Below are positions 1-12,697 of a stretch of 56,760 nucleotides of DNA, in pieces. The stretch's first letter is position 1. Every line of letters begins with the position of its first letter. The position numbers and the translations under genes are program-made. Origin of the DNA: Spirogloea muscicola (taxonomy: Eukaryota). Below the pieces are notes generated by a model. The model made no database searches, was not told the origin of the DNA, and was given only the letters and a program-made list of their open reading frames with translations. The stretch covers positions 760,604 through 817,363 of the forward strand of contig WELB01000025.1 of NCBI GenBank assembly GCA_009602725.1. The letters are read 5' to 3'.

Positions 1-3000
1 GAGGGGGAGGAGGGGGAGGAGGGGGAGGGGGACGGGGAGGGGGAGGAGGAGGATGAGGAGGAGGAGGAGGAGGAGGAGGTCGAGGAGGAGGGAGGTGCTG
101 CAGAAGAGGAGGAGGCGGCGAACCAGGGGGCTGGCGTAGCGACGGGGAAGAGGGCCAAGGCAGCCGCTGCCGAGCCGCCCACAAAGCGGCGGAAGGGCGT
201 GAAGGGGGCTGCGAAGCGGCAGCTGCCAGGCGAGGCGGCAGGCAGCGAGACAGATGAGGAGGTAGCTGCGCAGCGCAAGCGGCGGAGCAGCCACGGCGCT
301 GCGGGGCCTGCCAAGTGGGTGTCCACTTCACAGCCCATTGGTACTTGACGGCGCAGCATAAGAGTGCATGCGTGGCAGCAGGGAAAGCAGCAGCGTCTGA
401 CATGTTTTGGGTCTGCCTGTCGTTGTCCTGCCAGCCCTTTCCATGAGCACAGGGGCCGCGTTCTTGAGGAGGTCGACTTGCTGGCTTTGGCGGCCGGCCA
501 CTCCAGATATGCGACGGCGATGCCAGCAGCAGGTATCCCCAGGGGCAAGTGGGTCACCGACCAGAGTTCTATGCCGGAGGTAAGTTGACAAGGTTATCTG
601 TGCAGTCAGACTTGAAACTTGTATCCCTATACTAGTATTCAGCGTCTGACCGCTAATACATCATATTGACTTGTCAAAGCTTAGTCTGCTGCTAGTCATT
701 CTCATTGATGGAGCACCCGGTTTGTTGCATGTCCATGTCCAGCTAGGGGTCCTTCTCCTCCTGGCCCTTACAAGCCTTCACACATACCCCTAAACACCTG
801 AGCCTGTAAGGTCCATGCGTGCTTTGGGAGCAACAGTTCAAGTGCAATCAACAGCTGAGATGAGCATGAAGCAGTTGGCTTGTCCTGACTAGCTGAGGTC
901 CAGTAGCTGGGCTCGTTGCTGCAGGAGTGCCCGCTTTCGAGCTGCGGGTTGAAGCACCGGTTGATGAAGCACTGGGCGAGCTCCCACCCTGGGGCCCAGC
1001 TGTCGGGATTTGTGTCCACGGAACAGCATCAATTCTTCTCTCTTTGTGAGCAGTTTCACCAGTCTCTAGCTCGTGATTATTGCCTTGATTGGCTCCTGTA
1101 CTCTAACGATATGGATATGAAAAGGGTGATAGGGTAGATTTCTCTACGGTGAAGTATGGAGGAGCCTAAAGAAGTCCTCGTACATGGTAGTGGCTAGCAG
1201 GACAAGTGTTGAGGATGGTTACTGCTATGCCATTTCTGACTCTTGACAGCTGTTGCTTTCTTCAATCCTGCTGCGGCACCTGACCACAGGCAACTCTTAC
1301 AGGGACATCCTCCACACAGCTTGGCCAAAGTTGGGGGCAGATGCACAACTTGTAGATGCGTACCTCCTCCACATTGTAAGGCCTTGCCACGATGACGACA
1401 TCTGTGTTGCAGGTCTCTTAGTGCAAGAGTTTGCAGTCCTGTTCAAGACATGGAGCTGTCCATGTAAATCAGCATGTTGGCATGTGGTTTGACGACCAGG
1501 TTCTCCTTCTCACATGGTCTTGCCCTCCACAGATGAATCACCTTCTGAAGACGCGAGATGAGGTCACGAAGAACAACGAGAAGAAACTGCTGGAGGAAGA
1601 AGGCACACAGGATCAAGGTTTCACACGACCAAAGGTGACAGACAAGTCAAGCTCGGCAACAAAGCTCTAACTGAACCCCATAGGCAGGGTGCAAGAGCGT
1701 CTGGTGTGTACCTTCATGCTGCCCTTCTGGGGAAAAATGGCAACAGAATTGCATGTCCTTCTATGCTAGCTTGTCATGCCTAAATTTCCTCGTCTTCTCA
1801 AGCGGATGAAGGATCAAGAGGATGAAGATGACCCTCTGCGTTCACAGGTTCTTATTCTCTTACCTTTCCGGAGCTTGGCCCTGAAGCTCATAGAGCGCTT
1901 CATTGAGGTTGCCCCCCCATCTCAAAAGGTCAGCACAAACATGAAAGAGCCGACTTCATCTGATAAGTACTGTGTCAGTACCTCTGAGCACGGAATACTT
2001 GCTGTGCTCAGAATTGCGTTGATCAAGAAGACTAATGCATAGCATAAGAATGGCACAGGTTTATGGTGGTCACTCATTCATCCAGATCTCGTCCAGCCTT
2101 TGTTCAGATCACCCAGCAGCATGATTGATGCAAGGATGGAAAATGTTATCTGGGTTATCGCAGACAACAGTGGAGGAGAAGGACCGCTTCTTTGATGATT
2201 TTGGAGTGGAAGAGGCTGAAGGTGAGGCTGTGGGCGAGAAAACATTGCCGAGCGAAGCGGCTGCAGATCATGACAGAGGGGACGAAGATAGAGCAGCGTC
2301 CCTCATGCTTGGCAGGAAGAAGCCCCTCGACCACACTGCACTGTTTAGTGGCAACAATGATGATCACTTCCGTATTGGAATCAAGCTTACTAGGTGTGTA
2401 ATCACCAGCAGGCCCCTGTAAGTGAGCAATGAAGTCATGCTCAGCAGTCATGCTCAGTCATGTGCATCACATACTCGGTGCTGATCATTCCCTTGATTTT
2501 GTCAGGAGAAGCATAAAGCTGTATACGGATTTCTATAATTCAGACATCATCGTGGCTTCCCCCATCGGCATGATTACTGTAAGCCACTTGTGACTGCGGA
2601 AAGCCGATCAGAGCCAAGGCAAGGAAAAAGAGTCTGAGCCAGTCAACACCATCATACTTACTTGATGCACATGGCACAAAGTCATACTGACTGTCTGTGC
2701 TACTTCCAGAGGATTGGGGAGGCCTCCTCCGAGAAGGACAAGGATGTTGACTTCCTGTCCTCCATTGAGGTAGTTCTCACAACTTCCTCTGACAGCTAAG
2801 GTGCAGCATGCACGTCTTGGTCGCATAAGAGCAGGAAAAGCACACTATAAATTTAAATTAGAGACTAATCTGGCTAATCATTACCAAGAATAGGTATTAT
2901 AGCAAAGCGGACGTTGTGTCTGTACATGATGCATGACAGTCAAGCTGGCACCAACATCGTATGCTTGTTCCTCTCAAACGTGTCAGATTCTGGTTGTTGG

Positions 3001-6000
3001 CTATGCGGACGTCATTCTTATGCAGGTCAGACTAATTCCCTCAATGTCAGACATACTGCCTCAATGTGAATAGCAGCAATTATCCTGATAGGTTGTAACT
3101 TTGACTGCACAAGATGTGTAAATACTTAAGGGCTGTACTGACTTCAATTGAGCTTTGGAGGCACTTAAGGCAAGCTCTGTCAGTACTTGTGCCACGCTCT
3201 GCAAAGCGTGGCACAAGCACTCTTTGCCTCACTGCCATGCTTCTGTGCACAGAATTGGTCACATGTGGTTGCTGTTGTAGAGAGCCTCAATCAGCTCCCG
3301 CAGCGGCAGCACGGCACTGATCTCATGCGAGTACGGGAATGGTGAGTTCCGATAATCAGTCAGCCTGCCGCAGGACATCGGTGATTGAGATCTGCAAATT
3401 GGTCAGTCTCCCTTGTATCTAAGTGATCTACTTTTACGTCCTCTGTGTCAAATGGCTTCTTGTAATTCACTTGTTGTGATTTTGCAATGGCTTCAAGTGC
3501 TTCATGAGCTTATCAGTGAGGTAATTGACCTTCCAAGGTGTACTATCACCTGATCATTGTATTCTGCATATCAGGTACCTGAACGGGTGGGCCAAGCATT
3601 ATCGCCAAACAATTATCCACTCTGCCTATGCTGATGCTGGTAAGATTGTGTTCCATATTATATTGACAGCGGCTGAGGGAACTTGCTACTTCTCATCATT
3701 GCTTTATACATTTTCGACTCTGTGAAGGATTTGCCACGCTGTTTCATCAAGTCAAGCCCCTTCTCGCGCCATAGCTTGCAGATGGTGGGATTGCTTACTC
3801 ATACGTAGTCTATCAATCTGATGCACTTAGCAAGCTTCAATATACTTGCTCATTTCATCAGTCTGATACTGGCTATGCTGTTTTGCAGGTCTCAATGCTC
3901 TGTTCCAAAGGACCTGCATGAATCACGCCGGCAAAGTACGTATAAGCAGCCATTAGTGTCCGGAGGGCATATACAGTGCCAAGGTTCTCAATATACTAGA
4001 TATATCATGGATGTAATCAAATTGCTTGCCTGTATGATTCTCTATGCAAGTGCATTGACTGATCTCCAAGTAATTCTTGAGAAGCTCCCTAGAGCGTAAA
4101 TGTCGTCAGTATCTGTTGTATGTCGTTTACGGTCAATCGTGTCTGAATTGAGAGTCTGTATTGTTAGCTTGACCAGCTGGGTTTGTGCATCTACACAATC
4201 ATTGCAGTTGCTGCAACAAATGTCATTGGATTGCAATCTTGCAGGTGAAGCTGCACATTGAGCATGCGGGACTCCTGTCCAAGGTAGTCCCCCAAGTGCA
4301 ACAGGTCTACGAGAGGCTGGAATCCAAGTCTCTTGCCTCTGTGGATGATGCAAGGCTTGAGCACTTTGCAAAGCAGGTGACGCATTTTGTGAGGAGTTAA
4401 GATTGTTGACAGGTGCATTCAGATGCTTGTGTGCTTGCCTCTTGATCACAAGTTGACAGATCTTGTACGATTACATAAAGTCAAAGAATAAGACATGCCC
4501 ATATCCCACCTGGAGCATCATGGACCTGAAGCAGGTTCACAAATCTTAAGCAAGCATATATTTATATTCTTGGACGAAAGGAAGAGATATGAAGCCGAGT
4601 CAGTGGACGGGCTTTGTTTATCGGCGGTCTCTTCTGATCAGGCTTCACGCCTCATTTTATCTGCAGGTTTATCCTCGTGTTCGAGATTCATTACAGGTAA
4701 TTTCCATATACAAGTTTACTTCGTCTCTGTGCCTCATTCTACCTAACAAAACTTACGTGGGGTCATATCAGTGTTGGACGTTGCACAACTATCACAACCT
4801 TGAGCAATTTGATGAAGGCAACAGTAGAGGTGGGTACGACCCTCCAAAATTTCTTATTGGAGCTCTTGCACTCACCAGGCTGTTCCTCTTACCAGGTGGG
4901 AACGCTCATTTTTGTCAGGTCGTACTTTGACTTTGTGCGATTGAGGAACTTCCTCAAGGCTCAAAATTCATCATTCTGCCTCTTGGGCGAGTACGTGCAC
5001 CGTCTCCATGATGTTGTCATTGTTGTGATGTTGTCACCCCATATTCCAATGCTCCCGGAGACCCCAGATACTTTACGATGACAACATGGGCCAAGACCTT
5101 GTGAATCCTCTAGGATCCAGACCATCATGTAACTTTTCCATGTACTTGGCGATGCACATGCAGAGTATATGAACATTGCAAGTTTCTGAGGACATCATGA
5201 CTGCTTCACTCGCAGATACACAAAGCAGAGTGATATTTCCAGGTCGCGGTCCTGGTTCTTCCACGGCAAGCGGAGCATCATGCTGTACACAGAGCGCGCA
5301 CACTTCTATCACCGGTACAGGGTGAGGACTTGCAAATTGAGCGATTGAAAGGCATGTGTTGTCAAATTGCCATTTCTTGTGCCAGATTGCTAAGCTCACT
5401 TGAGTGTCAGTGTATTTCCTTGCACTAATCTTGCTACTTGAGGCAACTGGCTGTGGAGCAGCTGAGAGGCATCCAGGAGCTCATCTTCTACTCGCTCCCT
5501 GACAATGCCAACTTCTATGCAGAGGTAAGAGACCTCCACTACAATTCGGCGCTGGCTAGCAATGACAGTGCTACTCTTGTCACTGCTCTTCTTCTGTAAA
5601 CCCTGCTGAGTGCTCGCGTCTTGATCTGGCTCCTTGCTCTTGGTGCCCTTCATTGGCAGCTCCTGAATTTGCTGGAGGGCGCAGCCAACCCCAGGTGCAC
5701 AGTCCTCTTCACCAAGTTCGACAAGCTCCAGGTGCCCTCCCAAGCGGACCTCAAAGTTTCTGCTTGTCTGCTCGGGCAACCTTGCAGCAGGCTCTGCTCC
5801 TTATTTGCAAGGCAGCAAGCTTCCCGTCAAGGTCATTGCAGCGGAAAAACGTATCGCCGTTGCCCATTCATAACAATCTCATGGTCTACTGGCGGCTAGT
5901 AGATGCAAATCTCTGAAATCGAACGTGGCTGCAGACAGAGAGCTGGACACGACTTTGCGCAACTCAAACGCAATCAGAGCCGCGCCTGGCACCTGTTGAC

Positions 6001-6104
6001 GCCCTCCTCCTCGTCTTTTGCGGCACCAGGTTGAGCGCATTGTGGGCAGCACGCGGGCGTCGCGGCTCCTGCATTCGGAGAATCGGACGTTCATGTTTTG
6101 CTGA
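1..6104 (+). CDS. UTP25: U3 snoRNA-associated protein 25 (UTP25/DEF/NOF1-like), multi-exon, 5'-partial
   Basis: Spliced exons give the UTP25 motifs in order: CNSYRDILH, NHLLKTRDEVTKNNEK, DQGFTRPKVLILLPFR, FSGNNDDHFRIGIK, IKLYTDFYNSDIIVASPIG, DFLSSIE, MQNWSHV, TLIFVRSYFDFVRLRNFLK, LYTERAHFYHRY, VERIVG..RTFMFC* (TGA 6102-6104). The acidic N-terminus runs off the window start. Confidence 0.95.
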
Positions 6105-6843
6105 GATCTATGTGGCATCCAGCGGTGATCCGTCCCCCTTCATTTGCAGAAATAAGGCTACTCACTTGCTGCCGCATTGACTCATCGCACACTGCCTTCG
6201 GCTAAATATTACTACTGTGCACACACGAGAGCCTTCGTGCAGGTACAGTTGCGGAGACTTGACCAGGTCCATGTCACAGGGCGTGCATTGGTGTTCAGAT
6301 GACGTTGTGACTTCTCCATCAGGTAGCGGGCAGACATGCCACAGGCGGCCCTTTCGGATTGGTTTGCCAGCGGTGGCCAGCAGTCTGGTGGCAGGCCAAG
6401 CCCAGGCGGCCTGTGACCAGCTGCAAAGTGTGCTACTGCGGCCAGCTGCACGACAGCTTTTGGCATGAAAGCTGGGCCTTCGTAACGCCAACTTTCTTGA
6501 TGGGCCCGGCGAGCCATGACGGGTCAGCCTACCCACAAAGGCGGCCGCAGCATCAAGTGCAGGCTGCGGTGCCGCTGGGAGAACTCTCGTGTGTCTGTGA
6601 TGATCGAAGGTCAAAGTGGCTAAGTGCGAAGGCAAGCACAGCTGATGACGTACATTTAATCTGATTGCTCAATAACCACGGGTTAGGACATAAAGGCCGC
6701 TAATAGATGCCTGAGTACCATATGGCAAACTCCAAGTTTGGCTTTGATCAGTCGGCCGCCCACACCAAGTCATCTACAGGCTGGTGCCGGCATCGTCTCG
6801 GGGGCTCGGGCCAGCGGGCGAGGCGCCGCATTGTGCGGCGGGC

Positions 6844-9318
6844 ATGGCGGGCGCGCTGCTGACGGAGCTCTCCTGCGCGGCGCGGGGGCTCGAGGGCCAC
6901 CTGCCGCAGGGGGGCCCGGCGGCGGCGACTTGGCCGTCGCTGCCGCCGCCGCTGGCATTGCCCACATTCGCCTTNGACGAGCGCAGCGCCGGCCGGTGAT
7001 GGCGACGGCGGCTTTGCCGTCGACGCCGCAGAGCTCGCCCACGAGGCGCCGGCGGCGGGGCCGCCGTCGCCGCCCACGACCACGGCAGCAGCGGCGGATG
7101 GCGACGAGGCGGCATTGCCTATCGGCTGCGGCAACGTGCAGTCCGTCGACAGCGGCCTGCTCGACCGGCTGGCGGCGCTGTCGGCGACGAGGCCCGGCGC
7201 CAACGCCGCCAGCAGGAGCGCCGCCGCCGCCGCCGCCGCGCCCCACGACGTAGGCGCCCACCTGTTCCCGCCGCCGCTCCTGCCGGCCGAGCCCTTCTCG
7301 CCGCGCCAGCGGCTGGCAGCGGCCGTCGCGATCCAGGAGGACCTCGTCGCCGACGGCAGCTTCCCGCTGGCGTCGCCCACTGTGCTCTTCCTCGCCAAGT
7401 CCGCTCCGGCGTTCGTGGACCGCGTCATCGCCGCCGCGCAGTACCGCCACCAGCTGCCGGAGCAGCCTGCCAGCGGCGGCGAAGGCAGCTGGGCAACCAG
7501 CGCCGCTTCTTCGATGTCACAGCAGCCCGCTGCAACCAAGGCGCTGGTATCGAGCTACCTGCGCTCATCGCTGCGTGGCACACTGCTGGTACACTACTTT
7601 GAGGTCCTCGGCATGTCTGCCAAAGACATGGTGGTTGTTGCGCCGCACGCAAAGGGTGGCTTCTATGGCGTCATGATGCGCATCGAGTTCTTCAAGCGCA
7701 TCGGCGTCAAGGAGGCAGCTATTGGCAAGATGCTCATCCGGTACTCGCGTGTCCTGGGCCTGCACGTTGAGAAGAACATGATTCCAACTCTGCAGTACCT
7801 TGAGGTGAGGCCGCCTCAGACTAGACCTTGATCGCGTGCCTACTCTTGTTGCTTCATATGTCGGCCATTCGCCTCAATTCCGTGCCAGCAAATCTTGTGA
7901 AGTGGAGAAACGCGACACTGCTATTGCTCTGACAGACTCTCGCTTCTCCTCACTGCAATGCAGGACATTGGCGTAGACCGCAAAGACTTCGGGAAGATGG
8001 TCGCCAGCTACCCGCAGCTCCTGAGCTTCAATGTCGATGATAACCTGCAAGTCAAGGTCAGTGCAACAAGGAATCTGAAGTTTCTCCACATCAGCTTGAA
8101 AGCAGCCTGCTTTCCGTGGAGTTACAGCAATTGGTACAATGCAGGCGTTGTATTTCACCTTTCTGGTCAGCTCAGTGGATGTTGCTCATTGCCGTTGCAC
8201 CATCTCAAACAACTAGCTGCAACTATTGCCAACTTCTGTCCAATGCTGCATATCTCTTGTCAATAGCGCAGTGCTTCCCAAAGTAGCAGTTACTTTTGTA
8301 AAGTCCCCACTGCACACGTTGATTGAGGACATGTGTGCAGTCATTTCTATGACACAACAGTGTTCAGATGATCGCAAACTTCATCCATGTTATCAAGTGA
8401 GCAGGCTTGCCACTGATGCAGGTGGAGTACCTCAAGAGTATTGGCATCACGCGCGAGGAGCTGGGCAAGGTGCTGTCTCGTCAACCTCAGGTGCAACTCA
8501 GTGCCAATTCAAGCTTGCTACTTATCCAGCTAAAGTTGCTTATGCTAAAGGATAAGCTTGAGGTTATTTGACTAGTTGAAGACAACCTTTCTGGCAGCTG
8601 CTGGGGCGGAGCCTGGACAAGCAACTCTATCTGGCCGTCAAGCTTCTCACCAAGGCAGGCTTTTCACAGGACTCCATTGCAAGCATGATAATGCGCTACC
8701 CAGCACTGTTGTGCCACAGGTAAGCTCTGAGCTCTGACCACCAACAGTCTCAGTGGGCACTTTACCTTGACTCACTTTTACAAGTCAATGATGTTCTTGG
8801 ACTGCACTTAGATGGAGCTTGCCTGCAGTTTAGCTATTTGGCAGTCTATGGAGCAAGAATGTAGATGACATAGATGCAATCAGGATGACAATTTAAATAG
8901 AGATATCTTAGACCAAGGGATGGTGCATGGATTACGACGATGCATGGTGTATGGATTCTCTAGCAGCGTGTTTACTAATTCTGCACTTGTTCTTTACAGT
9001 GTGGAGCACACTCTCATTCCAAAGCTGCAATATGCCCTGGATACCATGCAACGCTTGCACAATGAACTCGTGATATTTCCTCAATACTTTGGGTACTCCT
9101 TGGAGGGGAGAATCAAGCTGCGGCACGAGGTACTAGCACGGAAGGGCCGCAAGGTCAGCCTGGGTTACATGCTGGTTGCAAGTGATGACGTTTTTGCTGC
9201 CAGATTCAGTGTTCCACTTGAGTGGCTAGAGGTACCTCCAGGAAGTCAGGTCCTGGACCACTGCAGTGATTTTGATGCTGCTCCAGTTGATGAGAGCAGC
9301 GTTCCTGCTCCTGCATGA
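6844..9318 (+). CDS. mTERF-family (mitochondrial transcription termination factor) organellar protein, 5 exons
   Basis: Repeated mTERF helices (IGKMLIRYSRVLGLHVEKNMIPTLQYLE; FGKMVASYPQLLSFNVDDNLQVKVEYLKSIG; MIMRYPALLCHSVEHTLIPKLQY) and the typical C-terminus FPQYFGYSLEGRIKLRH...MLVASDDVFAARF. The start codon is inferred across a frame-breaking single N at 6975. Confidence 0.9.
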
Positions 9319-9667
9319 AGGAACGCCCAGTGAACTATCCGAAAGACAACCATTTTGCTTATTTGGACCTCAATATCGTACACTATCTATGATATGCACA
9401 CTGCCACTCTTGAATTGCATAGAAGGCAACTGTTATAGGTGATGAGCATCTGTCAGCATTTGTCAATTTAGTAAGCAAGGAGGAATGCTCATACTTGCAA
9501 AGGCAAGCTACTCATGGGGCAGGTACTGAACAATCATCTGAACAGTTGAACAATCATATCTCGGCAATTGGATCCAAAGCTGGGCTACTTAGGAGAGCAA
9601 CCTCTTCAAGCTCAGCAGCTGCGGGAAGTGTTGAGCTTGCACTTGAACCTTCAGTATGAGCTTGCAT

Positions 9668-11804
9668 TCAAAGCTTCTGGATGAGAATGATTCGCTGGCC
9701 TTTGATCCTCACTTCTGTAATGCGGCCAAGATGCCGCAGCACCTGACATCACATGGCACTTAGTTTGCTGCTCACATGGCACTTGGCTGCTTCAGTGTCA
9801 AGGTGACAATCTGTGAATGTATCCCCCAATGGCAATAAGAAGATAGTCATGTTCCCGATCATGAATTCAGATTCACGATCCAGTACAAAGCAACTGACAT
9901 GTCTGTAGCGCACCAGAGACCAGGATATAAAAGCTTACAGTCAGTATGGCCCTTCCAGAGTTGTCCAACTTGAGTGACAACCCTCCTCGCAAGTCACTCT
10001 CCAGCAAAAAGCCCTTGCCTCTAACACCCTCTGTAGCGGCCACTTCCTTCAGCACCTGGAGCAGCTCCTCAGTAGCGACCCAAGCAGCCATCCATGTGTA
10101 TCTTTGTCAGCTTCTGCACTACATGTGTATTAAGGCCACAACATCCTAGCACCTGATGTCAGATTTGATGTGTATCTCCATGCATAGATTGGAGCGAAAG
10201 ATTAGCAAAGTGAGACTTTTGTACCACGACTTTCTCCAGGGCGTCTTTGCTCAGCTGCAGAGGATGCGGGACAAGAACATGTTTGTCAGTCATAGCAACC
10301 ATAAGTCACCAAGGTGATTGCACAATGCACAGAAGCCTACACTTCAAGCAGGGAAGATGCTCGTGCTTCTAGGTGGTCATAGCAGGATCACCTTGCGCTT
10401 TGGTGCTCCAAGAAGTACTTCTGTAGCCTCAGCAAAGGTCACAAGCTCATCCAGAGCTGTGTTGACCTTGTCAATGGTCAGTCGCCCTCGCATGTAGCTG
10501 TCACCGAGTGTCAATCAAGCAGTGTGCCCCTCTAATTGTCAATTTGTGCCAATGATGCTAACAAATCCCATACCTCGCCTCCACGCAATCTCCGAATGTC
10601 TGGGTTTTCCCAAGGATGCATACCAGGCATGGCCTCACAAGCAATTAGGACAATCATGTGTGACATACTTTGAATATTTGCAGTGTGATCAGGGCTGCAG
10701 CATGGAACATTACCTGGACACTGATGCCAATTCGTCCACACCAATGTACTGTCGAGGCAGACAGTTGACCACCTTCCTCCCCTGCCACCATCTCATTGGA
10801 GCTCAATATGAGCTGACTCTGTTGTTGTCGTCATTGTCATCCACCTGGTAGAGCAGACTTGCCTAAGGCAAGCGATATGATGACTTGTACATTTTGCATA
10901 TGGGGGACTCTTGAAGAGAGGTACCTGCAGTCTGACCTTCTGTGCAGTTTGGCTAGCCATGGCAGCCGAATGAGACCCTTCTTCTGAGTCGTTCTCACTA
11001 GCGCCAGGCAATGGCGAATGAATCCTGCAACAATGAGCATATATAAGGCCATGTCTATGGAGAAGCGCGCGCGAGTCTGCGTCAAGCTCTAGAACCTTGT
11101 AGTCTTGAGCTGCATGTTGCCACCAGGAAGCCGGCTTGGGAGGTTGGCAGCAATGTGCTCCAAGCGGGCGTGCTGCCGATTTGCGGCCTCAATCAACCGC
11201 TGCAAGGGCTTGGTGATGGTCGCTTTATTTAGTACGTCAAAGGCAGCTGTATGGTGCTATGCCTGACATAGACTGTCTTCACCTGATCTTGATAACATGT
11301 CACATTCATCGATTATTCACGACGGACTTGTCTAGTAGATTACTTGACCTCGATGATGGCGCGCGCACCTGCGCTTGCGGTATCAGCTGCGCCTCCGCCC
11401 TGATCTGGCACTGCAGGTCCCTGTACTGTTGCTCTAGGCAGCACAAAGAGGCATCCAGCGCAGCCAGCTGCCAGACGGCGCTCGCCGGTGGCGCTGCATG
11501 CGAAGCCATCGGCCGCACGACGGTGATGAATGCCGCAAATTCGAGAAGGCCGCAAAGGCCACAATTCAGCGGGTGCGGGTGACCATCGCCGAAGCAGCTT
11601 CGCTGGGCCTCGGCTCGGAGGCGAGCGCGCAGAAGGCAGGGCGGCCGCCGGGCAAGGCGGCATGCAGTGACACGGCTCTGCGGCCGCTCGCGAGCTGAGC
11701 TCACCTCCCCGCAGCAGCACGGCCTCCTTGAGCGCCGCCGTCTGGGCGTTGAAGGTCGCCGCGAGCTGCGCCAGCGGCGGGGCGTCGGCCCCCACGACCG
11801 CCAT
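9668..11804 (-). CDS. SKA1: Spindle and kinetochore-associated protein 1
   Basis: Minus-strand exons: MAVVGADAPPLAQLAATFNAQTAALKEAVLLR; YIGVDELASVSSYMRGRLTIDKVNTALDELVTFAE; FLLESDLRGGLSLKLDNSGRAILT|VLRHLGRITEVRIKGQRIILIQKL*. These match the SKA1 C-terminal microtubule-binding domain. Confidence 0.9.
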
Positions 11805-12697
11805 GGCGAGCGCCCGCGCGAGCCGCCCGCGCCTCCCGCCNCGGCCCCGCGAAGCCCGCCGCGGAGCCCGCCGCGGGCGCCCGGAGCGAGCCGCCCGCGT
11901 CGTCGCCCGCCCTTTTCCCGGATTTCGTAAATTCGAATTGTGAGAGCCACGTCAGCAAGGCGCGGAACCCCTTGCCCACGGGGCTTGAGAAGCATGGTGT
12001 GTGCCGGCCGCGTCCGGCCGTCCAAGTGTGAATCGGCCCTTAGGTGATGGAGGGCCTCTGTGGCCAGGTACCAAGGCAAACGGGCTCCGCGCCTCGCTGA
12101 CGGGGCTCTCTGGAGTTCAGAACGCTTTGTGACGTATTACCTGGTCAATTGTGAGTAAGCAAAACCCAAGCCTCCCTGACCAGAGTAGCGGAGACCGCAG
12201 GAACGCTGTCAGCTTGACTGGTCCCGCAAGTAAACGAACCATCGACTGCTGCGGCTGGGTATTGCCACAATGGTGGCAGCAACTCACGCATGTAACCACT
12301 TCAGGATGTTGTCGCGAGCCTAAGGTTCTTTTCCCAACATTGCAAGACTGCTGCAGACTGATTGCAGACTGTCGTTTGGCACCAGCTGAAGTCAGCTGTG
12401 GTCCAGGACCAAAGCACGCCTTTGGTAGCATACAATGGCATCAAGCTGCCCGAGGCATGGTGCGCTGCAGTGCTCGGAGGGCCAGGGAAGCGGAACTAGC
12501 TAATCCTGCCAGCTTAGCATAGCAACCCACGGGCTTTGTGGCTAAGTCCACTAGCTAAGCTCAGCCGCATGCCTGCGCCAGCAGGCTCACTCATGCAGAG
12601 CCAGTGCCGAATGCAATTTACCTCAGCGCCGAAGGCAGTTCACCTATCTATTCACTTTCTACAAGGCCGACGAAAGGCCATGCAGGAAGGTCTGAGT

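Noticed and set aside
6597..6664. C/D-box-like GTGATGA...CTGA between UTP25 and mTERF
   Set aside because: It has no terminal stem and no rRNA complementarity that I recognise.
6975..6975. Apparent frameshift/pseudogene in the mTERF gene (likewise at N 51756 in the DUF6816-like gene)
   Set aside because: The frame change coincides with a single N in a GC-rich tract, which indicates a collapsed assembly gap. Downstream exons are intact.
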